In this document: positions 1-11,300 of the stretch, piece after piece
Layout: each line of letters opens with the position of its first letter
Position numbering within the stretch: position 1 is the first letter of the stretch
Assembly (NCBI GenBank): GCA_026914245.1
Contig: CP110439.1
Span: 5,332,001-5,396,000 of the forward strand
Direction of reading: 5' to 3'
Source: Puccinia triticina
Taxonomy: Eukaryota
DNA length: 64,000 nt
Position numbers and translations under genes: made by a program
The notes under the pieces: generated by a model
Databases searched by the model: none
What the model was told of the DNA's origin: nothing
Seen by the model: only the letters and a program-made list of their open reading frames with translations

Positions 1-2
1 TC

Positions 3-2147
3 AGCTGGAGAGAAGAGGGAGACTCCTGGGAAGTCTGTCTCAACAAAGGTAACGTCGTGACAGCGCTCCACTTTTCCTCCTGGTAGAAGAACGCGCCAGT
101 TATGCGTTCCCAGCTGATATCCGACTAGGATGCCTCGTTTAGCCGTGTCACCAAACTTCCCGTCACGAAGTTGCTTTGGGATGTTGACGTATGCCAGGCA
201 GCCAAAGGGTTTGAGGCGATTGATGTTGAAAGGCGATCCGAACCATTTGTTGTGTGGAGTGTCCCAGCAAAGCTTGCGCATGGGAGTGATGTTTTCCAGG
301 AGGACTGCTGTGGAAACAGCCTCTGCCCAGTACTCAGAAGGGAGCTTGGCTTGTTTGAGCAAGCACCTTGCTTTTTCGGATGTGGATCGGTTTCCACGCT
401 CAGCAACTGAGTTTTGCTGCGGCGTGTAAGGAGCCGTGACTTGAACGGTGACGCCTTTGCTTTTAAGGAAGTTGAGGAATTTGGTTGAATTGAACTCGCC
501 TCCGCCATCAAAGATTACTGTCTTGATGTTGACTCCGTGGTGATTGGTGACTTCATGATAATATTGCATGAAAAAGGAAAAGGTTTCGGATTTTTTTGAT
601 AACAAATAGACATGGCGATAACGTGTGAAATAATCTGTAATCTTGAAGTAGTATTCTTTCCCTCCAAAAGAGCGAGGATTGATCCGTCCGCTGAGGTCCA
701 TGTAGACGTACTCTAGCGGGCGTGATGCTTCGGGGAGAGATCCTGGGAAAGGAAGCCTGTGAGATTTTGACAGGGAGCATGCGTTGCAGTTGAATTTCAC
801 TGCCTTCGTGCCCGGAAACATCTTAGCTAAAGCCTTAATGTTTGGGTGTCCCGCGGATCTGTGAAGAGTTGCAATGTCAGATGACGTTGCGGTGTTGGCG
901 ACATGAATGGTGGACTGACCTTGAGAACCGGGAGCCAACTTGATGTTGCAGACGCCGCCTATGACCGCTGTGGAGAGGACGACCGACTTGTTGCGGACGA
1001 GATCAAAGGTTGATGGACTAGTCCGGACCACGTCACAGCCACGTTCAAATAATCGTCCAAAGCTGATGAGTGTGCCCGCTAGTCCTGGAACGTGAAGAGC
1101 CTTGAGTTTCAGCTCGGTGCCGTCGTTGGCGATGATTTGCACATAGCCTTTGCCTATGGATTCAAGGTGGTTGCCATCTGCGAGAGCTATTTGAGTCGTC
1201 CTGCTGCGGTAGTCGGTGAAGCGATTCCTGTCGCTGAACATGTGGTGGCTGGCGCCACTGTCGAGGAAGCAGGTATCATCGGACTTGACAGCTGACAACG
1301 CCTTGCGGATACACAGGAGACCGCTGCTGGTCGTGCTGATGGAGGAAGTATTGTCGTCGTCGTGAGCGTCGCTAGCTGGCTGTGTGGTGCTTGCAGTCTT
1401 GGCGGTGGGCTGTTTCTTCTTTTTGAGAGCTCTACATTTTGCGGCCAAGTGGTTGGTGTCCGGGTTGTGAGTGCCAGGAGTGCAGAAAGGAGCTGTAGTC
1501 GCTGCAAGCACTGACTCCTGTTTGATTTTTGGAACAGGCGTGACCGAGGTGGATTGCAAGGAGACTGAAAGAGAACCAGTGCGCTCGTTCTTGAGTTCCG
1601 ACTTGATCAATGCGATTGTGATTGGTTGTTGTTTGAACAAACTTGCCTTGATGTGCTTGAACTCTTCGGGTAGTTTGTTGACGATGATTTCTGCTAGAAG
1701 CGATTCTTGAAGATCTGCTTTCTCAGGAGTGCCAATGACCAGACCAACCAATGCGACTCAATTTAATCCGGCGTTGAGATCGTCAATGAAGGTGGCAACC
1801 AAGTCGCAATATGGAAAAGTACAGAAGTCAAGATATACTACTGACTGATTTTGAGCTGAGTGAGATTCGTAGTATCCCACGAGAAGGGCCCAGATGAGGT
1901 TGAGCTTCTTCATGTTGGCTTCGGTGACAAAGCGTTGGTGGTTTGTTTGACCGATTGACTGGTGGAGAATACCAGTGACTTGCTCTTCCTTGTCAAGATG
2001 TTTGGCCAGAAGAGTTGCGTCGGTTGGTGCGGTGCAGCCTTCGAGGTATTTTGCGAGCTTGTGTTGCATACAATAACCTCGAATTTTGATTTTCCAAGCG
2101 TCCCAGTTTGTGTTGTGGAGGACCGGAAAAGATTTGTTGTCCGACAT
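3..2147 (-). pseudogene. copia A gag-pol with an in-frame TGA at 1758-1760
   Basis: Gag ORF 1758..2147 and the integrase (GAT codon at 509) share one frame. The stop reads AAT-TGA, consistent with ancestral CGA. Confidence 0.85.
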
Positions 2148-2183
2148 GATTGGCGTGATGATTTGGCGAGAGCTAAATGGAAC

Positions 2184-2197
2184 GCAGGCTCATAACC
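2184..2197 (-). promoter_or_regulatory. Primer-binding site GGTTATGAGCC (initiator tRNA-Met half-molecule type)
   Basis: The + strand reads gcaggctcataacc directly next to the LTR end. Same PBS class as Drosophila copia and Ty5. Confidence 0.85.
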
Positions 2198-2566
2198 TAA
2201 TGGGCAACAAGGAGGAGACACCTAAGACCTATAGCAGCAATAGTTGTGAGTGAGATGAAACGGGAGCGCGGACACAAGCAAGGTGGAAGCACACCTATAG
2301 CAGCAATAGCTGTGAGTGAGATGACACGGGAGCGCGGACACAAGCGAGGTGGAAGCACACCTAAGACCGAGTGAATGAGATGTTTGAATGAGTTTGATGA
2401 TGAAGCGATGAAAGTGAGAATGAATGAAAAACAACTACAGTCTAGGTAGGGGATTCACTACATAATCACTTAGGTTTGTCGAGTATCATCATCTAAGTTC
2501 AAACCTAACTGGTCTAAGTCCGCAGCACAGCGCATGAGAGTATGCCCGGCTCTAAAAGCCTCAATA
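2198..2566 (-). repeat. 5' LTR of copia A (~369 bp, TATTG...CATTA) with an internal 66-bp tandem duplication
   Basis: Bounded by the PBS and by the point where homology to the secreted-protein family begins (~2567). Duplicated units 2229-2294 and 2295-2360. Confidence 0.75.
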
Positions 2567-3473
2567 CTTCATGGATTCGGGACAAGTTCTGTTCCAATCA
2601 TCTTTGGTCTTCAAAATCTCCAGCTGAGGTATTACGACGATCAGCGTTTCGCAGGGCGCTTGCGTGCAATGGCGCGTGAGCTGATGCAAGACGAAGATTG
2701 GGAGCAGGGCATGAGTACATGGAACCCATGGCAGCATGGTGTGTTTTTGCAAACACTTTTTTTTCTTCTTTCTGGCTGGCATTTTAAGTCACTTGAGTCT
2801 TATATCGATACGTAAAAAAACTTTCAGAACTCTATCGCCCCTCTCTCGGTTTCACTAAGAAATTTCGTGAGTCATCCCAAATACAAATCAGAAAAAAAAG
2901 TAGAGCTGTCATTGCGATTCTTATCGTGTTCTATAATGCACTCGTTATTGCCCAGGTAAATGGAACAGTCTCAAAGCTCTGTTAATGACTGAACCGAGGT
3001 TGAAGTTTCTAGCATGGGCCATCCATCACAAGGAACCGGAATCTATTATTAAATGACTGAACCCAGCCATCGAAGAAATCTTCTCAAGAAAAGCAGCAAT
3101 TGACACATCTGCTGAAACCAGATTAGTCTTGATAGCTACACTCGCATATCTGCTGAAAAATCCAATTGAACCGCGTATTGAGGAGGAGGCCGGTCGACTA
3201 ATGAAGTCGCTCCTCGACAAACAACCCGACATCTTGCTCAGTCATGAGCGCATACTACTGACAACGTCGTTGACCAATCACTTCGGAGACAACCATCCAA
3301 TAAATATACCGGAGCAGTTCTGGAACACTGTGGGTTATCCCTCGCGCACAGCACACCTGAAAGCAGAGCCATTAAAAGGAATTGCCAGAGTTTTGCTCTT
3401 CACCTTATTGTCCCCGAAATCTCTCCCTTTTTCCACTTCTATATTCCCTAGGATTGCCTTTTTTTTAAATTGA
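2567..3473 (+). pseudogene. Secreted-protein family copy A, 5'-truncated by copia A, with a premature stop
   Basis: FGTSSVPIIFGLQNLQLR...STWNPWQH, the 39-nt exon and ETRLVLIATLAYLLKN...LLSHER align with copies B and C at identical intron positions. In-frame TGA near 3054. Confidence 0.85.
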
Positions 3474-3889
3474 TACTGTCATCCTTCAAAATATGACCAA
3501 AATCCTTGTAGTCTATAGTGCCCTTGTAGTCTGCAGAACTCTTGTTAGTATGACCTTTCAGCTCTTTCTTACGTATCTGCTTGGGCACTTTCATATTGTT
3601 GGGTACCGTTATCACATTGAATACTCATTATTGTCTACTTGCAAGTTGATTATCTGGTAACTAGACCATTTATAACTCAGCTAGTTCCCAGTGAATCAAA
3701 GTGCTTGTAAGATTTCAAGGGTCCCTTCACTGGTGTGGACGTGGAAAGCGACTCGGGGACAAGGCGTAAAGCCTAAGTAACTTCTAGTTCCAAACTTCGG
3801 GGGACTGAATTGTGCAAGTCTGGTTGGGAGATTTTAGATCTCCCCTGGAGTAAGTACAACCAGAATTTATAAGAAAAATAAAGGGTGCT

Positions 3890-5067
3890 TGGGACTTGGG
3901 GGTTCATCATTTTTATAGGCGCTGCCTGCCTGGTCACAAGGAGCTATTGTGTTTTGGAGAAGAACACGTTGACCGAAATCCAGCAGTTGAGCAAGGGGAT
4001 CGTCCGAAGCGTATTATGTATGCCGAGTACGTCAATCAATACACTTGGGCGGCACCCAAGGCTAACCGAAGTCGGATTCTTGGCAAGCTGCTTAAAAAAA
4101 GGAATAACTAAATAATAAATCTGTTGTATAGCTGCCTGGTCGTGGCGGCGACGCTGAAGATACCCACAGACACCAGTGGAGCTTGGCACTGCCCCCGCCA
4201 TTTTCACATTTGCCAGAAGGTTGGCGCGCTCTGCACGAGTTCTTGAAAACTCGCCGGGCGGAATACAATTCTGATGCGTAAATACATATCCAGCGTAAAT
4301 GGTCCATTGAGTATGGAGCATGGGTATCAGCGAAGCCATCCTGCATACAACTCTGGGACTTCTTCCCAGAGGTCTGGAATTACTTGTTTGATCGGCTTCA
4401 ATACATCAGGTCCTATCAAATTACATTCGAATACATCCTCTTCAATCCAAAGTGTAAAATGTGTGACAATGGGTGCACAACACAAAGGCGACAACGATGA
4501 ATTGATACATGCTTCCTAGCAAAGTTTGAGCACTCGGAAGGAACTAGCCCGTGTAAAGTTTGAGTTTTGAGAGGAATGGGGTACATATACAGTATGATTT
4601 AAACCAACGGTTCACCGAGTCGGAGGTGAGCAATTCTGAATTTGATACATATGTACATACATTGCAATTTGGGGCACAATCTGGCACGATTAGAATTTAG
4701 ATCCTCAGCGTCGGTATTGATTATGTACCACATGGCCACTGCCTGCTGCCTTGCCACCACCAGTATCAGCGACCAGTACCATGGACAGGGCTCCTAGGAA
4801 GCATGAATGTGGTGTGGGTCGGCATTGCGTTGCGATGAAGGGTCCCCCCTGGACGTTGTCAGGCTGGACAAATATGTACAAACCATGCTTGGGGGTGCAA
4901 ACCATGGGAGCACAGTTTGGAATAGCGTATCCAGAGAAATGTTACGTACCCCGGTTCATTCACTAGACCCAGCTTGTTCTAATCAACGCAAGGAAACTTT
5001 TATTAACGTACGTAACACATTTCTGGGAAAAATGAAGCATTTCAAAATGCGGCACTCATTTAGATAG
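3890..5067 (+). pseudogene. Decayed coding-like remnant of unknown identity
   Basis: Protein-like reading frame interrupted by several stops; no motif recognised. Confidence 0.25.
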
Positions 5068-5766
5068 ATTTAGATACATTACAAAGATGATAATTTATGT
5101 ATGAGGCTGTTGCTTACAGCGTGAGGGCAGAACAAGTATTTACATATTTATTTCTTTCTTTTTGTATGTATTTATGTATAATCATTAATCTGCCAATTGA
5201 CTACATTCCTCCTACAGATAGCCTAAGCCGAGGGAGTTTTGAGCCTATGTACGGGGTCTGGTCAACATGAGTGAGATGTAACGGACCCTACCTGTATTTT
5301 TCACTGAGCCTCCCGCACCACGAATATCCTGCATCCAACTCTGCCTCTCATGTCATCCTGTGGTTGCACTGTGGCCAACATGGATTTTCCACAGGTGGCA
5401 ACCCGCTGGCGTGATGCGGGGCCGGGGAAGGCTCATGGGCACATTGGGGACACACAGCCAACAACTTGCGGCCCAACACCCGGCGGCAGGGTGCAGCAGG
5501 ATCAAGTGTGCCTCCAGGCCAGCTGGGGAATGCCGACGTTGGACAAGTTTTTGGCTACATTTCCGTGGCAAGGGGATGCGTCCTGGGGACAAATCCCTAA
5601 GAGCGCCCCTGGAACCCACAACTGCACCGGGGGAGTATTGTGGGAGGACATGTGTGTATACAGGGAGGAGAGAGGAAAGGGGAGGATGAAGCCAGCCTAA
5701 ACAATTCTCCTTTTGGAGACATCCCCATGGTTATTGGACTGAAAAAGAAAAATGTATTTACATATA

Positions 5767-5946
5767 GAGTGTGCCAAAGCACACTCCGTAATAGGAGTGT
5801 GCCAAAGCACACTCCGTAATAGGAGTGTGCCAAAGCACACTCCGTAATAGGAGTGTGCCAAAGCACACTCCGTAATAGGAGTGTGCCAAAGCACACTCCG
5901 TAATAGGAGTGTGCCAAAGCACACTCCGTAATAGGAGTGTGCCAAA
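5767..5946. repeat. Perfect 28-bp tandem array (~6.4 copies), each unit forming the hairpin GGAGTGTGC-caaa-GCACACTCC
   Basis: Unit gagtgtgccaaagcacactccgtaatag read directly from the sequence. Confidence 0.95.
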
Positions 5947-6457
5947 ATTGCCCAGGACTCAAGGATGTAACTTAGTGTAAGTCATGGTACCTTGCCAACC
6001 CCCAAAGGATATTGCTAACTTTCAATTTTCTACCCATGCCAACTGCAGCAGCTTAATTATGAGCCCCACGACTTGCTGGACAAAGCTTTGAGCAATCTGG
6101 ATTCCATTTCTTATCATTTATTCTTTATTTCTCTTATCTGCTCACCGGCTTTTCACTTCTTGTGTGTAGATTACTTTTTATTGTACTTATTTTCCTCTCT
6201 GTTTTCTTTTCCTTCCTCTGATTTTCATTCATGCCGCTTTTCCCTTCTTGTGTAAACTACTTTTCACTATGTATGTATACTTCACCTTCACCACACTTTG
6301 GCTTTGTCACCAGCCGCATGAAAAACTGGATTCTGTCCAAATATTCTCATCCCCTTTGAAACTCTTCGCGGTGTCCTGAATGTACCCAAGAATCCAGAAC
6401 CAACCACTGCAAGAAAAAATCTAGAAACTGTTTGCAGTTGAGATGCAAGAGCTCAAG

Positions 6458-6783
6458 TGTAAGGACCCCGATGTGTCCTTCACTAAGATGTCTCCAAGGG
6501 GGGCACGAGGACGGGCATGTAGCCTGAGGATTCTAGCCCCAACGGGTTGGGGTTGATTACTAGCGTTGACAGAGAAGAAGTCTGATGGTTCTCTGTGTTA
6601 GTATCTATTTAAAAAAGGAGTGAGAGGAAAGGAAACTCTTACCTAGCGTCAACAGAGAAGAAGTCTGATGGTTCTCTGCCGAGCTAGGTAAGGGGAGGGA
6701 GAAACTACGTGTAGGGAGGAGGATGGAACTGTGACAGGGGTTGTGATCCTTTTGTGAAGTCTGTGCAGGGCGCGGGCTTTACA
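6458..6783 (-). repeat. 3' LTR of the gag-only element
   Basis: tgtaaggacccc...gggctttaca; about 9 differences from the other LTR by eye. Confidence 0.95.
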
Positions 6784-7113
6784 GTCTCCCCTCCTATAAA
6801 AGGAAAGAAAGGAGGGAAAGAAGGAAAAACAAGGCAGTGTTTAATAGACAAAGCAAAAGGGGGGGTCATAGGGGAGGGTGGTTTCTGGCTGTCAGAAATT
6901 GGGGCGGGGCGCTTCCGTTGCACAGATGGAGTTTACCATGTGAAACCCAATCTCGCGTTGGGTGTCATTGGTTCTTGACGTCAAAGAGGAAGATGGTGTG
7001 TCGCAGGAGATGGAAGGAGGGGATATGGGTGAGCGGTCAAGCAGAGAAGGAAAATGGGGAATGGCGATGGTGGGAGCGACACGGTCTTGTAACTGAGCTG
7101 GCGCGTCAAGGGG

Positions 7114-8744
7114 TCAGCTTGTGAAGGTGCTAAGTCGAAGGCCTACATTGGGGACAAGACCTCGTAAGCAACGCCCGGCGTGAAATTGATGAGGCGGGCG
7201 TGCGGGAGAAAGAGAGGGGGGAACCCACTCAGTCCTGTTCATTGCCAAATGGTCAATACAGTGTTTTTTGAAGGTGGGGTCTGCGTGATATTCGCCAGAG
7301 ATAGTGGCCGTTGCAAGGCTATGATCCTCATAGCAGACTGGGTTCTCTTTGGTGTTGTTAATGAAGTCGGCATTGGATAAGGGCCGGCACTCATCCGCCA
7401 CAATTTTGTCAAGAGTGAGGCCTGCGAGCTTGTTTGATTGTATGGCTCCATCAATCTCAGAGTACAGTGCGATAGCGCTTGCGGAGAGGGCAGGGTATTT
7501 GTTAATTTCGTCGGTTAAGGTCGCTACTCCCGCTGGTCGTCCCAAGGCCCGACCCGGCGCGGAGGACAGAGGTCTAGGTGGTGGTTGAGGGCGGGTCCAA
7601 GCCCGGGGTGCTGAGTAGTTGGGAGGTTTAGGGGGGGTAACAAACAAGTCAGGGATCATAACACGGTTGCGATCGCAAGGACCCGGACAGGTGCCTGCCG
7701 CGTTTCTGCAGGTCTTTTTACAAAAGTGACATCTGCCTACCAAATTGAGGTAGGCATGGATGTGCCACAAAATATCGGGGTCGTTGCGTTCGTAGGATGG
7801 AAGAGTTGCATTGGTAGGGTGGAAACGGTGTTGTGGGAGGTTTTTGTAAAATAGGCTGCAGCATTGCTTGAAAGCGCTGTACTTGAAGTTGGGAGCGTCA
7901 AGGAGTTGCCACTCCTTGACCTTGGCCTTGAGGTCTTGAGGCATACCATAGACCACCAGCTCTGCCAGGGAATGGTTGAATAGCAATACTTTATCGAAAT
8001 TGAACATACTCTGTAGCGTACGAGCCCGGGTGCTGTAGGTGGCGAAAGACTTGGTGTCCCTCATTGTGATATGTTGGATCTTCTCCATGACTGCGGGAGG
8101 GAGTATTCAAAAAGTCTGGTCTTGAAGTCGGACCAAGGTTTACTGATGTAGTTGTTGACTTTGGTGGCGTAAAAGGCAAGAAGATTGGTCTCCTCGAGGA
8201 GGCTGCCAATGACATGAAGCTTATCGTTGTTGTTGGATATGTCCCTGGTCGTGAAGTGTATCTGGACCCCGCGTATCCAGTTTAAAAAAGGTTCCACGGC
8301 CTGGAACGGACCTTGGAACTTGGGTCCATCCGACTTGAAACGGCACAGGTCAATGCGATCAGACTTGGGTTCAGCCGAGGCTGTCAAGGCCGAGGTTTTG
8401 GTTTTGATGTTTGAGGTGGTGGCAGTTGCCTCCAGCTTATTGAGACAGGAGTCGTTCAGCTTCTGTGTGGTTTGCAACTGGATCTGGGTGGTTTTCTGCA
8501 GGGCCAGCATGGCTGCTAGCATCTCCTTGATAACCATGCCACTTTGGCCGTCTCCAGTGTCAGGTTGTTGGTTGTTGGGGGAAGGCATTGTGGGAGGGCG
8601 GTTAGGAGTGGGATTTGTTTGATTGTTCCGCAGGAGGGTGTCCAGTTGTGTTTGTCTGCGGCGTTCCGTGTTAGCAGCACGAATAATGGCCTTGGGATCT
8701 GAGAATGGCACAAGAGGGTTGATATTTGACTGTCTCGTTGTCAT
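7114..8744 (-). pseudogene. Gag-like protein, frameshifted near 8061-8088
   Basis: ORFs 8061..8744 and 7114..8088: capsid-like region (FLNWIRGVQIHF...WSDFKTRLF...YSTRARTLQ) and a Cys cluster (CHFCKKTC...C). Confidence 0.75.
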
Positions 8745-8784
8745 AGAACGGTGTCAGGGAATTTGTGAGGCGGGCAGGATTGGG

Positions 8785-9046
8785 TGGGACGGGGCGGGGC
8801 AGTCGGCACGGGTTGAGCGGGACGGGACGGGGCGGTTGGCATGGGAAGGGACGGGGCGGTTGGCATGGGAAGGGACGGGGCGGTTGGCACGGGACGGGAC
8901 GGGGCGGTCGGCACGGGACAGGACGGGGCGGTCGGCACAGGACGGGACGGGACGGGACGGGACGGGACGGGACGGGACGGGACGGGACGGGACGGGACGG
9001 GACGGGACGGGACGGGACGGGACGGGACGGGACGGGACGGGACGGG
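8785..9046. repeat. (GGGAC)n microsatellite preceded by ~24-bp derivative units, in the element's 5' leader
   Basis: About 20 perfect GGGAC units at 8940-9046, with gggacggggcggttggca-type units upstream. Confidence 0.95.
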
Positions 9047-9131
9047 AAGTTCGGCGCTTGGTTGTTACTTGTTGATGTGGGAGAAAGCAAAAAAAGGTGT
9101 TGTTGCTTTGGTTTGGAGTAGAAAAAAAAAG

Positions 9132-9457
9132 TGTAAGGACCCCGATGTGTCCTTCACTAAGATGTCTCCGAGGGGGGCACGAGGACGGGCACGTAGCCTG
9201 AGGATTCTAGCTCCAACGGGTTGGGGTGGATTACTAGCGTTGACAGAGAAGAAGTCTGATGGTTCTCTGTGTTAGTATCTATTTAAAAAAGGAGTGAGAG
9301 GAAAGGAAACTCTTACCTAGCGTTGACAGAGAAGAAGTCCGATGGTTCTCTGCCGAGCTAGGTAAGGGGAGGGAGAAACTACGTGTAGGGCGGAGGATGG
9401 AACTGTGACAGGGGTTGTGATCCTTTTGTGAAGTCTGTGCAGGGTGCGGGCTTTACA
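9132..9457 (-). repeat. 5' LTR of the gag-only element
   Basis: Near-identical to 6458-6783. Confidence 0.95.
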
Positions 9458-10807
9458 TCAAGGCAAGCTGTGCCTCATGCAAGAATCAAGCACTGGTTGA
9501 TTCCATGGACATTGTTTAATTTATGCAAGAGTGAGTCTGAGGTAGGGCTGGACCCCGGGACTGGGGTTGACGGGTATACCCGGCTATCCGACCTATGGTT
9601 TGGCTGTCCCTTCAACTACACTTGTCTACGCACTTTTGGATGTCGCGCATACATCAACATTCCCTAGGAATGCCGAGTGGGGAAGTTCCGAAGTTTGGTG
9701 ATACGTCTAAACTAGGGATCCTGGTAGGGTATTAGCAGGGTGTCCATAACTGGAGGATACTCACTGCAGGGAGCCGGGTTGAGTACAGTCACGATTTCAT
9801 CTTTGATGAGACTGTCTTCCCAGGAATCTCCCCCAACTACTTTGCCAATACCTTGCCTTCAGACACCTTTGAGATTCTCCTCGACCCATTGCCAAGACTG
9901 CAGCGGATGATCAGCTTCGGCTGGTTTCTCTGGATTCTTTCAAAGACCAGGGATCCTCCAGAAGATCCTGTGCCAGAGGACGCAGATCAAGCTGATGACT
10001 CAACTGCACACCAGCAAGGAAACCTAGATTCTGTGGTCTCATCATCTTGGCCCCAACCGGGCTTTGATTATGTCCCGTCTTTTCAGCCAGCCCCCAAGAA
10101 TATATCATCCAATATCAATACCTCCAATATACTCACATTAATGCGCCGTGCTCACTTCACCCTTTCCACCAACACCACCAAACCATTCCCAGAAGCTATC
10201 TTTGCCATGTCCACCGCCCAAACCCTCTCGCCACAGTCCCTTGAACATGCTGGGAGGCTCTTTGCTCACCCAAGGCGGCCAAATGGGAAGCAGCAGTTCA
10301 AGTTGAGCTTGAAGCAATTGCTCGCCTGAATGTCTGGGATACTTCCCACCCCGTAGGATCAGTTGTTGCTTGGCACCATCTGGGTCTTTTGCAAGAAGTA
10401 TGATGCCAGCGGCAATCTTAACCAACTCAAGGCCCGTTTATGCGCGCAAGGCAGCGCTCAACAGGAAGGAATTGACTTCAACAAGACCTAAGCTTCCACT
10501 GGCCGTCCCTCAGCTCTTTGTGCGGCGCTTACAATTGGTGTCAACAAAGGAATGGACATTCACCAAATGGACATGTGCAATGCCTTTTTGAATGGCAATC
10601 TAGAAGAGGTAATTTATCTTTGTTTTCCAGCCGGTTTGAGCATTCCGCCTGGTCACTGTCTCAAGCTGAAGAAATCAATGTATAGTTTGAAACAGGCGCC
10701 TTGATTTTGGCACACCACGCTCAGCAAATTCTTTGACACCATCAACTTTTCCCCTTCCCCAGCTGATCCGTGTCTTTACATCTCTCAGTTCCCGGTTTGG
10801 CAATGCT

Positions 10808-11300
10808 TGTCAGAATTCTGACCTCTTCCGCTCACAGCTTCTTACTCCCCTCTTCCTGTCTAGCCAAGTGGCCAATGTCTTTCCTGTATGGCCAAGTGGC
10901 CCATGTTTCCTGTCTGACCGAGTGGTCCCCTGTCCTTTTTATGTCACCTGTTCAGTCCCCCGTCCAGTACCCTGTTCCTGTTCCAGTTCCCTGTTCCTGT
11001 TCCCAGTTCCTGTTCCTGTTCCCAGTTCCAGTCCCCAGTTCCTGTCCATGTCACAGTTCCAGTTCCAGTACATGTTGTGTTACTGTTTTCTTGTGTTACA
11101 TGCTCTTAGGCCCCCTCTAGATCTTGTGCAGGGGGCTCTCTAGTTGTGTATACGTGTCCGCTCCTTGGATAAGAAATGAATTATCGAGTCTGAGCATCAA
11201 CAATAACAACCCTGCTCCTTGGTCCTATCTGGTCACCTCAAGATAGCCCCCCCCCCCCCCCCTTTTCGTCGCCTCAACCTGAAGAGCTGAAATCTCAACA
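10808..11300. mobile_element. Solo LTR (493 bp) inserted in the copia B RT gene
   Basis: TGTCAG...CTCAACA flanked by 5-bp TSD ATGCT (10803-10807 and 11301-11305). Removing it restores WQCFVHVYVNN. Confidence 0.9.

Larger units (their letters stand above)
1..2566 (-). mobile_element. Ty1/copia LTR retrotransposon A: 5' LTR, PBS and gag-protease-integrase, running off the left edge
   Basis: Minus frame from ATG 2147: gag (NWDAWKIKIRGYC), protease (FLDSGASHHMF), integrase (YMDLSG...FDGGGEF...APYTPQQNSVAERGNR...PFGCLAYVNIP). Order PR-IN with PBS and LTR upstream. Confidence 0.95.
6458..9457 (-). mobile_element. Complete non-autonomous gag-only LTR retroelement (3.0 kb, TSD TCAAG)
   Basis: Two 326-bp TG...CA LTRs. 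TCAAG at 6453-6457 and 9458-9462. PPT (aggaggggagac on the - strand) next to the left LTR. Only gag-like ORFs inside. Confidence 0.92.

Noticed and set aside
1758..1760. Programmed stop-codon readthrough in copia gag-pol
   Set aside because: The stops in copia A and C fall at non-equivalent positions and both fit CGA->TGA decay.
5767..5946. CRISPR array (also considered for 16366-17546 and 47800-49215)
   Set aside because: Linkers are identical or short and recurrent, motifs alternate in orientation, no cas genes are present, and the context is eukaryotic.
8061..8088. Programmed ribosomal frameshift in the gag-only element
   Set aside because: It lies within the capsid-like region with no slippery heptamer; a small deletion is more likely.
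8623..9275. GTGRD / PVPSR repeat proteins
   Set aside because: Translations of the (GGGAC)n microsatellite.
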